Below are positions 8,086-17,537 of a stretch of DNA of 43,949 nucleotides, one piece after another (positions within the stretch are counted from its first letter, which is position 1; each line of letters opens with the position of its first letter). The stretch is taken from the IMG/VR virus record IMGVR_UViG_3300045988_155612; one strand, given 5' to 3'. The notes beneath the pieces were generated by a model. That model had not been told where the DNA came from. It was given only the letters and a program-made list of their open reading frames with translations, and made no database searches. Position numbers and translations under genes: made by a program. The stretch comes from a virus.

Positions 8086-10477
8086 CCTCTTTCACGAAGC
8101 CCCTCTGCCTGCCGTAAATTGCTCCGCAGTTGACGGAGGTGGACAACCGCCAGCCCGGAATCATGCGCAGGAGCCCGATAATCTCGCGGGCCTGCGTCTG
8201 CGAGTAGCTCTTCGGGTCTCCCTTGAAAAGCTCCTGCCAAACCTCAAGCGCGCAGACCTTTGTTCTCGGTACGGTGCCGTTACGCTCCTCACCGAAGCCG
8301 CCGCTCCAGAACATGAGACGCTTTTCAAGGTCCCAATCGTCCCAGCCCTCGGGCAGCAGGACTTCAAGAAAGTTCTCGATAAGACCGAGCTTGCCATTCG
8401 CCTCGGTGTGGTCGGCCTGCACCTTGCGGGCCATTTCTTCGACCGCGCCGTCAAGGTACCAAGTCTCGCCGGCCTCGTAGTAGGTCACGGCCTCGGCCCA
8501 TATCTGGTCCACGATAGAAGCGGTCAGCTTGTCCCCGAGAGTCTTACCCGCGTCGGTAACGACGACCGGCCAGAAACGGCGGGCGCCGGTAGGGTCACGC
8601 AGGAACTCCTCGTCATTCGTGGTGCCGAAGAAGGCGCATTGTCTCGGGTGGCATTGCGTGCGGCGAGCGTATGCCGCGCGGTAGTTGTCCTCCTGTTTGG
8701 AGACGAACTGCTTGATTTGCTCGACCTCGGCTTTACGTGTCGCGGCCATTTCAGAGAGCTCGATAATCCAAAAGCCTTGAAGCTGCTCGTAAGCGTCCTT
8801 GCCGGACATGGTATAGAGCGAGTCCGAAAACCACTCTTTACCGAGCTTCTTCAAGGTCGTACTCTTGCGGCAGCCTTGCGGGCCGATAAGAACAAGCATG
8901 TGGTCGTGCTTGCAGCCCGGAGATAAGATTCTCGCGGCAGCACCGATAAGCGCCTTGCGGGTTACCGTTCTCGTGTACCGGGAGTCCTCGGCGCCGAGGT
9001 AGTCGATGAAGAGCGTCTCACAGCGTTTCTCGCCGTCCCAGATAAGGCTCCGCAGGTACTCGCGTACCGGGTGCCTTGTAACGTCAGCGAGCGCAAGGTC
9101 AACGCCTTCTCGGGTCTTCGGCATAGAGTCGATTTTGTAGTCCTTCTCAAGGACATTGTGAACGCCGGCGTCGTCGGTGTCATCCCACGAGCGTGGCTTT
9201 GCGTCGGCCTTTCTCCAAGGAAGGTCTCCGCAGACCATAGGTCTCTCCATGAACTCGTCCCAGTAGAAGGTCCCCTTAAACCGAGGGTCATTCTTTACGA
9301 TGATACGGATATTCTCAACCGTGGTCGCTGCGTGTCCGGTCTTCGGGTTTACCTCAAGCTGTGAGACCCAGTTCATATCAGGAGCCTCGTCGCCCTCGCC
9401 GAAGAGCTGGACGATATAGTCGAGCTGCTTGCTTTGCAGCTCCTTCATAACGCTCTCGCAGTTGGTCTCAATCCACTTACACATATTTTTGTAGGAAGGA
9501 AGATTATTTGCCGCAGTGTTCGCTGGTTTCCCTTCGTCGTCCTTGCCGAACATGTGAATGCGGACGAGGTCAAACGCATTGCAGAGCTTGCCGCAAGTTG
9601 GGTCTGTGCTGTGGTGGCTATACGCAAAGCGGCCGTCTTCATAGATAACGAGACCGCCGGAAGTCGAGCCGCCTTTATAGGTGTAGCGGCCGTTTTCGCC
9701 CTTGATGTAGACGTCAGGCAGGAAGGTCTCGATTGCGTCCTCAACGGAGTAAGTACGGCAGAACGCGCCGACGATACCGTCTTTCGCGGTCGGGTCTCCC
9801 TGCTTGTCAGCGAGACGCCGAATCGTGCCGGACTTCCTGCTCGATACGGGCCACTGAGTCGGGTCTTTCCAGTCCGCATACCTTGCGAGCTGCTCGTCGG
9901 CGTCCAGCCACGGGCCGTCCTGCACTTCATAACGGAACTCGCCGTCAGAGGAAGCGCTCGCCCAGTACATGAGCCGATGGGGCTCATAGGTGGTATCGTC
10001 GCACATGTCGATACCGATGTCACCTGCAATCCTGCGGGCAATGGCCTCATACTCCTCAGGAGACACAGGTCTCGAGAGAGGAAGCACAAGGCGAAGTCTC
10101 GGAGCTTTCGCCGTATGGCTGTGCGTGCTGTAGAGTACCGCAGCGCAGCCCAGAATCAGCTCAACCGTAGGCCACGGGTCTTCGCCCGCCGTGATAGAGT
10201 CCATATCGAGGGTGATAAGCCGACGCTGCAGAACGGCGTCGATTTTACGATGACCGCCTTTCAGGGTACCGCCGACAAAGCCGCCGACGTCCTTCGCGTT
10301 ATCGCGTTCCTCCTTCGGCATACGGAAGTACTCTTGCTGGGTCTCCTGCGTCCGGGTCACACGGCCGAGCTTATCAACGAACTCAGACCAGAGCATTTCT
10401 TTAGTTTTCCAGCTTGCCGAACGCCGCGAGCTACCCGTCGCAATCGTTATCAAGCCGTCGTATTGAAGAGTCGGCAT
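8081..10477 (-). CDS. DNA primase/helicase (N-terminal prim-pol-like domain plus VirE-type P-loop NTPase)
   Basis: Walker A LIGPQGCRKSTTL followed by WIIELSEM. The N-terminus has LITLDMDS and YSTHSHT, which resemble AEP prim-pol motifs. Confidence 0.8.
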   Translation of the reverse strand: MPTLQYDGLITIATGSSRRSASWKTKEMLWSEFVDKLGRVTRTQETQQEYFRMPKEERDNAKDVGGFVGGTLKGGHRKIDAVLQRRLITLDMDSITAGEDPWPTVELILGCAAVLYSTHSHTAKAPRLRLVLPLSRPVSPEEYEAIARRIAGDIGIDMCDDTTYEPHRLMYWASASSDGEFRYEVQDGPWLDADEQLARYADWKDPTQWPVSSRKSGTIRRLADKQGDPTAKDGIVGAFCRTYSVEDAIETFLPDVYIKGENGRYTYKGGSTSGGLVIYEDGRFAYSHHSTDPTCGKLCNAFDLVRIHMFGKDDEGKPANTAANNLPSYKNMCKWIETNCESVMKELQSKQLDYIVQLFGEGDEAPDMNWVSQLEVNPKTGHAATTVENIRIIVKNDPRFKGTFYWDEFMERPMVCGDLPWRKADAKPRSWDDTDDAGVHNVLEKDYKIDSMPKTREGVDLALADVTRHPVREYLRSLIWDGEKRCETLFIDYLGAEDSRYTRTVTRKALIGAAARILSPGCKHDHMLVLIGPQGCRKSTTLKKLGKEWFSDSLYTMSGKDAYEQLQGFWIIELSEMAATRKAEVEQIKQFVSKQEDNYRAAYARRTQCHPRQCAFFGTTNDEEFLRDPTGARRFWPVVVTDAGKTLGDKLTASIVDQIWAEAVTYYEAGETWYLDGAVEEMARKVQADHTEANGKLGLIENFLEVLLPEGWDDWDLEKRLMFWSGGFGEERNGTVPRTKVCALEVWQELFKGDPKSYSQTQAREIIGLLRMIPGWRLSTSVNCGAIYGRQRGFVKEV

Positions 10478-10899
10478 TAAAAGGTACCGGCTCTCGTTAC
10501 TACTCTCGTGATACCCGCGTTCTTAATCATGCGGTCGCAGATATTACACGGAGCAGGGTCAATAGTATCGTCGAGGCACGCGAGGTAAAGGGTAGCACCT
10601 CGCATGGACCGCCTCGGCGCACTAATAATCGCGTTCTGCTCGGCGTGAACGGCGACGCAAGTCCCGTACTGGTCCCCGTGGCGGGCGGCATGCTCGTCGA
10701 TAGGAGTGGAATGCTCTCGGCAGTAGCACTTCCCGACGTCGCAGCAGTTGGCCTCGCCTCTGGGCGCGCCGTTATAACCGGTCGCGATGATTTCGTCGTC
10801 TGCGACAATCACGGCCCCATACTGCCTGCGAAGGCAGGTAGAACGGGCCGCGACGGCTTTTGCGATATTCAGATAGTAGTTGTCTTTGTCTATTCTCAT
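10477..10899 (-). CDS. dCMP (deoxycytidylate) deaminase
   Basis: Zinc motifs HAEQNAI and PCNICDRMI. Confidence 0.9.
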   Translation of the reverse strand: MRIDKDNYYLNIAKAVAARSTCLRRQYGAVIVADDEIIATGYNGAPRGEANCCDVGKCYCREHSTPIDEHAARHGDQYGTCVAVHAEQNAIISAPRRSMRGATLYLACLDDTIDPAPCNICDRMIKNAGITRVVTRAGTF

Positions 10900-11231
10900 T
10901 CAGTCTCACCGTCCCGATTCCAAGATTCAATGTCGACGCCGATTTCCTTCAGCTTGTAGGTGTTGAGCCAGATATTGTCGCCCTCATCCATTTCATACCT
11001 TTTAATAAGGTCAAAATACTCAGCCCTGAAACGGTCGTAAAACCGTCTCAGACGCTTCTCGCCGAAGCCGTACTGCACGTGTAACTGCCAAAGTATAATG
11101 GCGTCGATTTCGTTCGCGTGTTTACGGCTGTACTCTGCAAGCTGTCTCTCGATTTCGAGATTCATAGCCTTGCGCTCGGCGGCGGTAAAGTCAGCGCCGT
11201 AAACTTTACCGCCCGCCTTTTTTACCCGCAC
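10896..11231 (-). CDS. Hypothetical protein
   Basis: 111-aa ORF packed tightly between the dut and deaminase genes, with overlapping stop and start codons. Confidence 0.6.
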   Translation of the reverse strand: MRVKKAGGKVYGADFTAAERKAMNLEIERQLAEYSRKHANEIDAIILWQLHVQYGFGEKRLRRFYDRFRAEYFDLIKRYEMDEGDNIWLNTYKLKEIGVDIESWNRDGETE

Positions 11232-11233
11232 GG

Positions 11234-11638
11234 TTATCTTCCGCTGCTGCCGAAGGCCCCAGACCCTCGAGCAGCACCCTCGTCATAGGTGAACTCAGGG
11301 ATAACGACCGGCATAATCACGAGCTGGCCGATACGGTCACCCTTCTTGATGTCGTAGCCGTCGCCACCGACATTCGAGACGATGGCGTGGACCTCTCCGC
11401 GATACCCAGAGTCGATGGGCGGAAGCTCGCATACGATACCGCGAACACTCAGGCTGCTGCGAGGAAATATGTACCCCACATAGCCGTCAGGCAGTTCCAG
11501 ACCGAAGCCGAGAGGCAGCTTGTAAACCTGCCCCGGATAGATGGTCTGGTCTCTGGGGCTGAACACGTCCGCACCGGCGTCGTTGTCATGCGCTCGTACA
11601 GGAGCGGGACCGTTAAAGTCAATCAGCTTAATCTTCAT
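11234..11638 (-). CDS. dut: dUTPase
   Basis: Start trimmed to MKIKLIDF, preceded by GGAGGTG. Motifs AGADV, PRSS, IDSGYRGE, GDRIGQL and a C-terminal RGSGAFGSSG. Confidence 0.9.
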   Translation of the reverse strand: MKIKLIDFNGPAPVRAHDNDAGADVFSPRDQTIYPGQVYKLPLGFGLELPDGYVGYIFPRSSLSVRGIVCELPPIDSGYRGEVHAIVSNVGGDGYDIKKGDRIGQLVIMPVVIPEFTYDEGAARGSGAFGSSGR

Positions 11639-12392
11639 CTCGCACCTCCATACAGAGCGGAAAATCCCGCTCGAGAATATCGTGAGGCGTAAGGTCGGAC
11701 GACAGCGGAGTCCCGCAAGCCATCTTACCCTCAAGGCATTTACCCTTCATGCAGTAGGGGCCGGTCGTCTCAGGAGAGAAGAGAGCCGGAGCCAATTCGT
11801 AAAGCTCTTCCCAAAGGCGGAGCATAACGTAGCGGGTTTCGGCGGTATTACGCCGGCAAGTTCTCTGGCTTATCATGTGCTTCCACTGATAAGGCGTTGC
11901 GCTGATAATCAGAACGTTTCTCAAGCCCTGCGGGGCCAGATAGCCGGCAGAGTCATTGTCCACGCCGTACTCGACGAGGAGCTTATACTTCCGCATAGCG
12001 TCTTGACACTGGGAGAGGTAGGAGAAGCGCATTTGACTATCAAGCAGCTCATAAGGGACAACGAAGTCGGCCTCATTCGAGTAGTCGCTGTACTGCAGCG
12101 ATGCGGACATGAACTTGACCTCGTTCTGGTGTCTCGTAATCTGGGCGAGGAATCTCCTTGACGCTCCGACAATTACGGCGTTGATAACCGCGAACTTCTG
12201 AATCGTGGGGTGCGGAAGCTGGGTCATAACCTTAGCCGTTTTCTCGGTGTACCCTTTATCGTAGAGAGCGAGGAAGTCGGAGAGGTCTTTGACCGTGTGC
12301 CCACGCTGTGTCAAGCGCGCAGCGCAAACCATCATCTTCTCAGCCTCGCTGATTGCGGTCGGATTGAGGACCGCGACTTTGATTTTATCCAT
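11628..12392 (-). CDS. thyX: Flavin-dependent thymidylate synthase ThyX
   Basis: Start trimmed to MDKIKVAV, preceded by AGAGGAGG. ThyX-type signature ITRHQNEVKFMSASLQYS, plus ...QWKHMISQRTCRRNTAETRY. Confidence 0.8.
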   Translation of the reverse strand: MDKIKVAVLNPTAISEAEKMMVCAARLTQRGHTVKDLSDFLALYDKGYTEKTAKVMTQLPHPTIQKFAVINAVIVGASRRFLAQITRHQNEVKFMSASLQYSDYSNEADFVVPYELLDSQMRFSYLSQCQDAMRKYKLLVEYGVDNDSAGYLAPQGLRNVLIISATPYQWKHMISQRTCRRNTAETRYVMLRLWEELYELAPALFSPETTGPYCMKGKCLEGKMACGTPLSSDLTPHDILERDFPLCMEVRDED

Positions 12393-12720
12393 TGCCGTTC
12401 GCCTCCTCTTCGACCAGAGCCTTGAGCAGAAGCAGGTAGTTAATGCTGTCCGTGATTTTCTCGGTCCAGCGGTCCAGAGAGTAGCTGCGGCCGTCGGTAC
12501 ACATATCCGAGATAGAAACAAGGTGCTTTGTCAGCATACCGAGCAGCGCCTCTTTCGGTGTGCCGTCGATAATCGCGGCAGCCTTCTTGAAGTGCGCGAG
12601 GCGGTCGATATTGCTCTCGTCTACGGCGTCAGGAGCATACTCGTGGCCCTTGCCGGTAAGCAGGTGCTCGCAGACAAGGAGCTGCTCTTTGACGACCTTA
12701 TTAAATACGTCTATCTTCAT
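12385..12720 (-). CDS. Hypothetical helical protein (possibly DUF1599-like, associated with nucleotide metabolism)
   Basis: Start trimmed to MKIDVFNK, just after the polymerase stop codon. The family assignment rests on memory only. Confidence 0.5.
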   Translation of the reverse strand: MKIDVFNKVVKEQLLVCEHLLTGKGHEYAPDAVDESNIDRLAHFKKAAAIIDGTPKEALLGMLTKHLVSISDMCTDGRSYSLDRWTEKITDSINYLLLLKALVEEEANGNG

Positions 12721-12725
12721 AGCGG

Positions 12726-14672
12726 TTAGTCCTTTCTGTAGTATTCGCACTCATAGGCGTCAGCCTTGAGCGGTAAGCCGGTCGCCCACTCGATGGGCTC
12801 CGACATGATTTTGCTGATTTCCTTGGCGGAGCTTACGCCGATAGGTACCTCGCAGATAACTTCGTCGTGGACATGGAACACGACCGGAAAACCGGCGCGC
12901 TCCAAGCGGTCAATGGCGACTGCAAGGCAATCCCGGGCCGTAGCCTGAACGATGTTCTCCACGAGTTTCGGACCGTAGGACTCAATACGACCCCAGCCAC
13001 CCGAGGATTGAATTGTACCCTCATAGGTGATACTGTCGTCGTCGATTCTGGGCTTTACGTAGCTCAGCTCACGACCGTTCGGAAGTCTCAGCTTGAGGAG
13101 AGGCCCTTGCTTGTAGAAGCCCATACCGAAAGGCAGCTTAGTAGGAGCCTTCGTCTGAATGGTCCTGCGCGCGGCGGCGTCCGTGTCCCACCACAACTTA
13201 GTGATAGCAGGATTTGCAGCGCGCCAGCTATTGACAAGCGGTTTCAGTTCAGACTCCTCAAGCCCCATCTCGAGGGCGCCCATAGATTTCAGAGCGCCGA
13301 CGCTGCCGCCGTAGCCGAGCGCGAGCTCAGCGATTTTTCCTTTCTGCCGCATAGGGTCGCCCTTCTTGACGGAGCCCTTCGGAAGGTGAAACATCTGCTC
13401 GGCGGAAGCCTCGTAGATTTTGCCGTGGGTCTTGAAAACCTCCATGCGCCACTCTTCGCTTGCGAGCCACGCGATAACGCGGGCCTCGATAGCAGAGAAG
13501 TCGGACACGATGAAGCGATAGCCGGGTCTCGGGATAAAGGCCGTGCGGATAAGCTGCGAGAGGGTCCCGGAAATGTCGTCGAAGAGCATTTCAAGAGTCT
13601 CAAGGTCTCCGGCCTCAACGAGCTGCCTTGCGGTATCAAGGTCACGGTCCGGCATTTTGTTCTGCGGCAAGTTCTGCATTTGCACGAGGCGACCGGCCCA
13701 TCGACCGGTACGCGCTGCGCCGTAGAACTGAGTCAGACCTCGAATACGTCCGTCCGGGCAAGCCGTTCGGAGCATAGCGTTGTATTTTTCAGTTGAGGTC
13801 TTCGCAAGACCCGCTCTGATGTCGAGCATACGGTCCACCGCGTCGCAGTCGGCGTCAGCTCTTACGCCGGCGATACTCTTCTTGTTGAGGCTCTCGACCT
13901 CAATACCCGCGGTGTCCTCAATCCAGCCCTTGAGCTGCGCGGTACTCTTCGGGTTTTCAAGGCCCGTAAGCTCCTTAGCCTGCTCGAGAAGTCTCGCCTT
14001 GATAACGGCGTCAATCTCGACCGCATGCTCCGCGAGGTTAAGGTCCACACCGACGCCGCGGTCGTTGATATGCTGGTCGTGAATCCAGAGAGGTTGCTCC
14101 TTCTCATATACCGGAAAGCGAGAGAGCTTCTGCCGGATAGCCCGCTCCGAGACGACGTCCTGACGGTTGTACTCAACGTAGATAGCCCAGCGGTCAGGGT
14201 CATGCTCAGGAAGGTTGCGGGTCCGGTTGCCGTTCGTCTTCGTAGGCTTACAAGGTATCGAGAAGTAACGGATAAGCGCCCGGCCAGTCTTAGACTTCTG
14301 CTTGTCTTCAGGAAGCCCGATGACTTCGCCGACAGCCTCCAAGCTACCGGGCAGGCCCAGCTCTCGGGCCATGACTGCGGTACAGCTCCATTGCTCGGGC
14401 GGCGTCACGCGGCCCATAAACGCGCTCAGACAAGTCCGTTCAAAAGACGCATTGAATGCTGTCTTCAAGATTTCGGGGTCATACAGAGCGTTCTGGAGCT
14501 CCTCAGGCAGGCTCTCGCCTCTGGCGAGGTCAATAACCTCGACCGGGCCGTCGTCCCAAGCGTACCCAAAGAGAAGAATCTCAAAATCAGGGCTCTGAGC
14601 GTAGGCGTAGACACCGCACTTTTGCAGAGAGACCGAGCTATAGGTCTCTATATCGATTGCTAATGTTCTCAT
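12726..14672 (-). CDS. Family A DNA polymerase with 3'-5' exonuclease domain
   Basis: Exo I LAIDIETYS, motif A DFSAIEARVIAW, motif B RQKGKIAELALGYGG, motif C HVHDEV. Confidence 0.9.
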   Translation of the reverse strand: MRTLAIDIETYSSVSLQKCGVYAYAQSPDFEILLFGYAWDDGPVEVIDLARGESLPEELQNALYDPEILKTAFNASFERTCLSAFMGRVTPPEQWSCTAVMARELGLPGSLEAVGEVIGLPEDKQKSKTGRALIRYFSIPCKPTKTNGNRTRNLPEHDPDRWAIYVEYNRQDVVSERAIRQKLSRFPVYEKEQPLWIHDQHINDRGVGVDLNLAEHAVEIDAVIKARLLEQAKELTGLENPKSTAQLKGWIEDTAGIEVESLNKKSIAGVRADADCDAVDRMLDIRAGLAKTSTEKYNAMLRTACPDGRIRGLTQFYGAARTGRWAGRLVQMQNLPQNKMPDRDLDTARQLVEAGDLETLEMLFDDISGTLSQLIRTAFIPRPGYRFIVSDFSAIEARVIAWLASEEWRMEVFKTHGKIYEASAEQMFHLPKGSVKKGDPMRQKGKIAELALGYGGSVGALKSMGALEMGLEESELKPLVNSWRAANPAITKLWWDTDAAARRTIQTKAPTKLPFGMGFYKQGPLLKLRLPNGRELSYVKPRIDDDSITYEGTIQSSGGWGRIESYGPKLVENIVQATARDCLAVAIDRLERAGFPVVFHVHDEVICEVPIGVSSAKEISKIMSEPIEWATGLPLKADAYECEYYRKD

Positions 14673-14738
14673 ATTGCCTCCTTCCTCCGGGCGGCGTTCG
14701 CCTCAGCAAATCCGAGACGAACGCGCCGGAGCATACGC

Positions 14739-15302
14739 TTAACCGAGGAGGTCGTCGTTGTCGTCCTCGTCTTCCCAGCCGTCGTCCCAATCGGAATCCG
14801 TAACAACGCCGCCGCCCAGAGGCTCGCCGTCGTAGAGCTTCATAATACCGTTGAGGCCAGCAGAGATACCCTTGTTGCCCTGCGTGTCATACACATAGAA
14901 GTTGATGATTGCGCGGCCGTAGCAGCCGGAGTAGAGTTCCTGCGGGTCAGTCAGCGGGGTCTTGTCTGCGTGGACGAGAACAGGCTTGTTGTTGGAGCTG
15001 ACGGTGATAACGTAGCAGCCCTTGCACTCTTCGCCGAATTCGCCGCCGTTCGGGCGTTCGCCGTCGCCGTCGTGCAGCGTGCTCTTGAGGTTAGTAGGCA
15101 GCTTCTTGCCGCTATTGCTTGCCATGAACTTCTGCTTAGCCTCGTCCATAGCGGCCTTGATTTTCTGCATGGTGGCCTTGTCGCTCTTCGGAATCAGGAG
15201 GGTAACGCTGTACTTCGGCGTAGCGCCTTCCTGAACGGCGCGAGGGGTGAAGAGGTTGCAGTAGGAAAAACGGACCTTACCAGTAGTGATTTGAGTAGAC
15301 AT
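14739..15302 (-). CDS. DUF2815-type phage ssDNA-binding-like protein
   Basis: N-terminus ...TTGKVRFSYCNLFTPRA and an acidic C-terminal tail DDGWEDEDDNDDLLG. Lies next to the polymerase and the DUF2800 gene. Confidence 0.7.
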   Translation of the reverse strand: MSTQITTGKVRFSYCNLFTPRAVQEGATPKYSVTLLIPKSDKATMQKIKAAMDEAKQKFMASNSGKKLPTNLKSTLHDGDGERPNGGEFGEECKGCYVITVSSNNKPVLVHADKTPLTDPQELYSGCYGRAIINFYVYDTQGNKGISAGLNGIMKLYDGEPLGGGVVTDSDWDDGWEDEDDNDDLLG

Positions 15303-15306
15303 AGTA

Positions 15307-15840
15307 TCAATCTCCTTTAATATAAATAGTTTTCATCTGAACGCCGTACTCAACGGCAAGCTCATGTGAGTCAAAATAGATGTCGATAACATTTCCCTTA
15401 ACGGCGCTTCCCGTATCTTCGGCTATGTACTCGTGGCCGTCGATAATGAGGACCGTTCCGAGAGGTATCACATCGGGGTCGACCGAGACCGTGCGGTCCG
15501 CGGTCGGAATCGTGCCGCTCTTTGTTCGCTGCACGTAATCGGTACCGACCCGAGAAGGGTGTTCCGCGCTCCAGATACCGCAGCACTTGACGCAAGTGCA
15601 ATAGGCTGTAGTCTTGAACTCGCCGAGCTCAATAAGCTCAGGCGCCGGTGCGGCGGTCTCGGTAATCGGCTCAGGAGCTTCTACCCGAACGGGCGAAGAC
15701 TCAGGCTCATCAGGAACGGAAGCGCTCGGTCTCGTAACGAACGAGATAATCAAGGCGACAATGAGCGCCAGAATGAGGAGCCACTGGATTTTGATAAGGC
15801 GGATTCTCGCCCGCGTTCTGCGTCTTGCCACTTCCGTCAT
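15307..15840 (-). CDS. 3D-domain (MltA-like) protein with N-terminal TM helix
   Basis: TM segment WLLILALIVALIISFV. C-terminal segment VSVDPDVIPLGTVLIIDGHEYIAEDTGSAVKGNVIDIYF. Confidence 0.75.
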   Translation of the reverse strand: MTEVARRRTRARIRLIKIQWLLILALIVALIISFVTRPSASVPDEPESSPVRVEAPEPITETAAPAPELIELGEFKTTAYCTCVKCCGIWSAEHPSRVGTDYVQRTKSGTIPTADRTVSVDPDVIPLGTVLIIDGHEYIAEDTGSAVKGNVIDIYFDSHELAVEYGVQMKTIYIKGD

Positions 15841-15852
15841 AACGAGACCTCC

Positions 15853-17019
15853 TTACTTATCGAACTCAGCGAGAAGCTGTTCCTCAGGCTTGAACTCAGG
15901 ACGCTTGTCCTTCGCAGGAGCCAGAGTAGGCTTGCCCTGAGGCTTGACGATAAGCTCGCCGAGCGTTTCCGACACGGCCTTCTTACCGAAGTCCTTCTCC
16001 ATCTGAGTCAGGGTAATCAGCTTGCGCTCGTAGAGCAGACTTTCGTCATAGCCGGCAGACTTCATAGCCTCGACGACTTTCAGCTCGTCCGCGAACTTGC
16101 GGTTGCTGCGGCCTTCGACCATCTTCCAGCCGGTAACAGGCTGACCGCTGAGCAGCGTAGAAGATACAAGGCCTTCAAGGTCCGTAAGCCACGCCTGAAT
16201 ATCCGCGGCCTTTTCAAGAATCGCGCCGGCCTCTTCAGGAGTCAGGAGCATAGCGTCCGGAGCCTCATCGAAGAGCTTGAGATTCTTGTCGGCTCTCGCT
16301 TTGCACTGAGCTTTCGCCCGGCAGAACCTGCAGACCTCTTCGGACGGGGCAAACTCGCCTTCGCCCTTATAAGCCAGCTTAGCGCGGGGCTTGACATACT
16401 TCTCAGCCCACTCGAGCAGCTCCTTGACGGTGATTTCGTCGGAGCTCTGAACGCCGGAGAGGCGAGGCTGGAAAATCGTCATACGAACGGAGTCGATGTC
16501 GAAAAGTGTGTTGTACTTGAGAAGCGCACCGAGAGCGTAGAGCTTCATCTGCGGATTGCCGGTCGCCTCGACACGAACGCCCTTGCCATACTTGAAGTCC
16601 ACGATTTCGAGGACCTTATCAGCGACGATGATACAGTCACCGGTGCCGAAGCCGTCTTTGACGTACTTCGAGAAGTCGACTCTCACCTCAAGCTCGGTAA
16701 ATGCGTCCTCACAAGACTCCTGCGCAGCTTTGGTCTTTTCAGTAACAAATCTTGCGTAGTCATTTGCGCATTCCTGCATTTCGGCGTTGTAGTAAGGGCC
16801 TTTTGCCAATTCGTCACGGCGATTCTCAAAGTCCATCTCGGAGACTTCGCCGAGGAAGTAGCGGGCGGTCAGCTCGCAAAGCTCATGCGCTGCGGTGCCC
16901 TCCTCGGCATACTCGCTCGTGCTCTGCGGAAATTGAAGCTCGAGCAGCGCGCTCGGGGTACACTCGAGCCAGCGGTGAGCGCCGCTTGCGGAAAGTAGTG
17001 CGTGCTTAGCCATTGACAC
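15853..17019 (-). CDS. DUF2800 / PD-(D/E)XK (Cas4-like) nuclease
   Basis: N-terminus LSASGAHRWLECTPS, core GTGDCIIV...VEIVDFKYGKG, and Cys cluster CRFCRAKAQC. Confidence 0.8.
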   Translation of the reverse strand: MSMAKHALLSASGAHRWLECTPSALLELQFPQSTSEYAEEGTAAHELCELTARYFLGEVSEMDFENRRDELAKGPYYNAEMQECANDYARFVTEKTKAAQESCEDAFTELEVRVDFSKYVKDGFGTGDCIIVADKVLEIVDFKYGKGVRVEATGNPQMKLYALGALLKYNTLFDIDSVRMTIFQPRLSGVQSSDEITVKELLEWAEKYVKPRAKLAYKGEGEFAPSEEVCRFCRAKAQCKARADKNLKLFDEAPDAMLLTPEEAGAILEKAADIQAWLTDLEGLVSSTLLSGQPVTGWKMVEGRSNRKFADELKVVEAMKSAGYDESLLYERKLITLTQMEKDFGKKAVSETLGELIVKPQGKPTLAPAKDKRPEFKPEEQLLAEFDK

Positions 17020-17374
17020 TCACCAGCTCTTTCATAAGCGCCGGATAGTCTTCCGTGCGGCTGTCGAAGTCGGAGAGTTTCTTGCAACCGAACTTCGCGA
17101 AGATGTCAGCGAGCTCTTTCTGCTTGCCGGCTTTGGAGAGCTTCAGGGCGACGGCGCGGATGTCGGTCTTCGTGATAGGCTTGTCCTCGGTCTTAGGAGC
17201 CTCAGCCACAGGAGCAGGGGTCTCGGTCTTAGGAGCCTCAGCCGTGGGCTCGACAGGCTTTTCCGAAGGGGAATTGAACATACTTACCTGACCGGGAATC
17301 TCGGTGTTAGGGAGCAGGGCTCTCAGCTTGCTCAGGTTTTCCTGAGTCAGTTCCATTGTTACGGTGATTTTCAT
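17006..17374 (-). CDS. Hypothetical protein
   Basis: AAGGAGG RBS. 122 aa with a Pro/Ala/Glu-rich linker. Confidence 0.65.
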   Translation of the reverse strand: MKITVTMELTQENLSKLRALLPNTEIPGQVSMFNSPSEKPVEPTAEAPKTETPAPVAEAPKTEDKPITKTDIRAVALKLSKAGKQKELADIFAKFGCKKLSDFDSRTEDYPALMKELVSVNG

Positions 17375-17519
17375 TTTGTTTTGCCTCCTTGTTTTTCTTC
17401 CAAGCCAAATAGGCTTGCATATTTTGTGGATTTTCGTAAAACGCGTTGACCGCAGCGCTTAGTCGGTCAAACATAAGATTCTCTCTTGCAAGAGCGGTAT
17501 CGGCGAGCGTCGGCCGCAT
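17307..17519 (-). CDS. Possible small ORF (start uncertain; an internal MFDRL start at 17474 is also possible)
   Basis: Open frame with a weak RBS. Its 3' end overlaps the next gene by 68 nt. Confidence 0.35.
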   Translation of the reverse strand: MRPTLADTALARENLMFDRLSAAVNAFYENPQNMQAYLAWKKNKEAKQNENHRNNGTDSGKPEQAESPAP

Positions 17520-17521
17520 TT

Positions 17522-17537
17522 TTGTCTTTTAGGACAA
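17522..17537. promoter_or_regulatory. Distal operator-like palindrome
   Basis: TTGTCTTTTAGGACAA shares its half-sites with the 17795 palindrome. It lies at the 3' end of the Cro-like gene. Confidence 0.4.

Noticed and set aside
11628-12392. The ThyX/deaminase cluster as a DNA hypermodification pathway.
   Set aside because: I saw no glycosyl-, amino-acyl- or hydroxymethyl-transferase-like partner genes. Together with dUTPase and FolD, the set is fully explained by canonical dTMP synthesis.
14673-14738. A GC-rich inverted repeat (cggcgttcg...cgaacgcgccg) between the SSB-like and polymerase genes, as a terminator or riboswitch.
   Set aside because: There is no T-tract and no second copy, and it is too short to assign. 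It may simply be an mRNA-stabilising or attenuating hairpin. I have not listed it as a feature.
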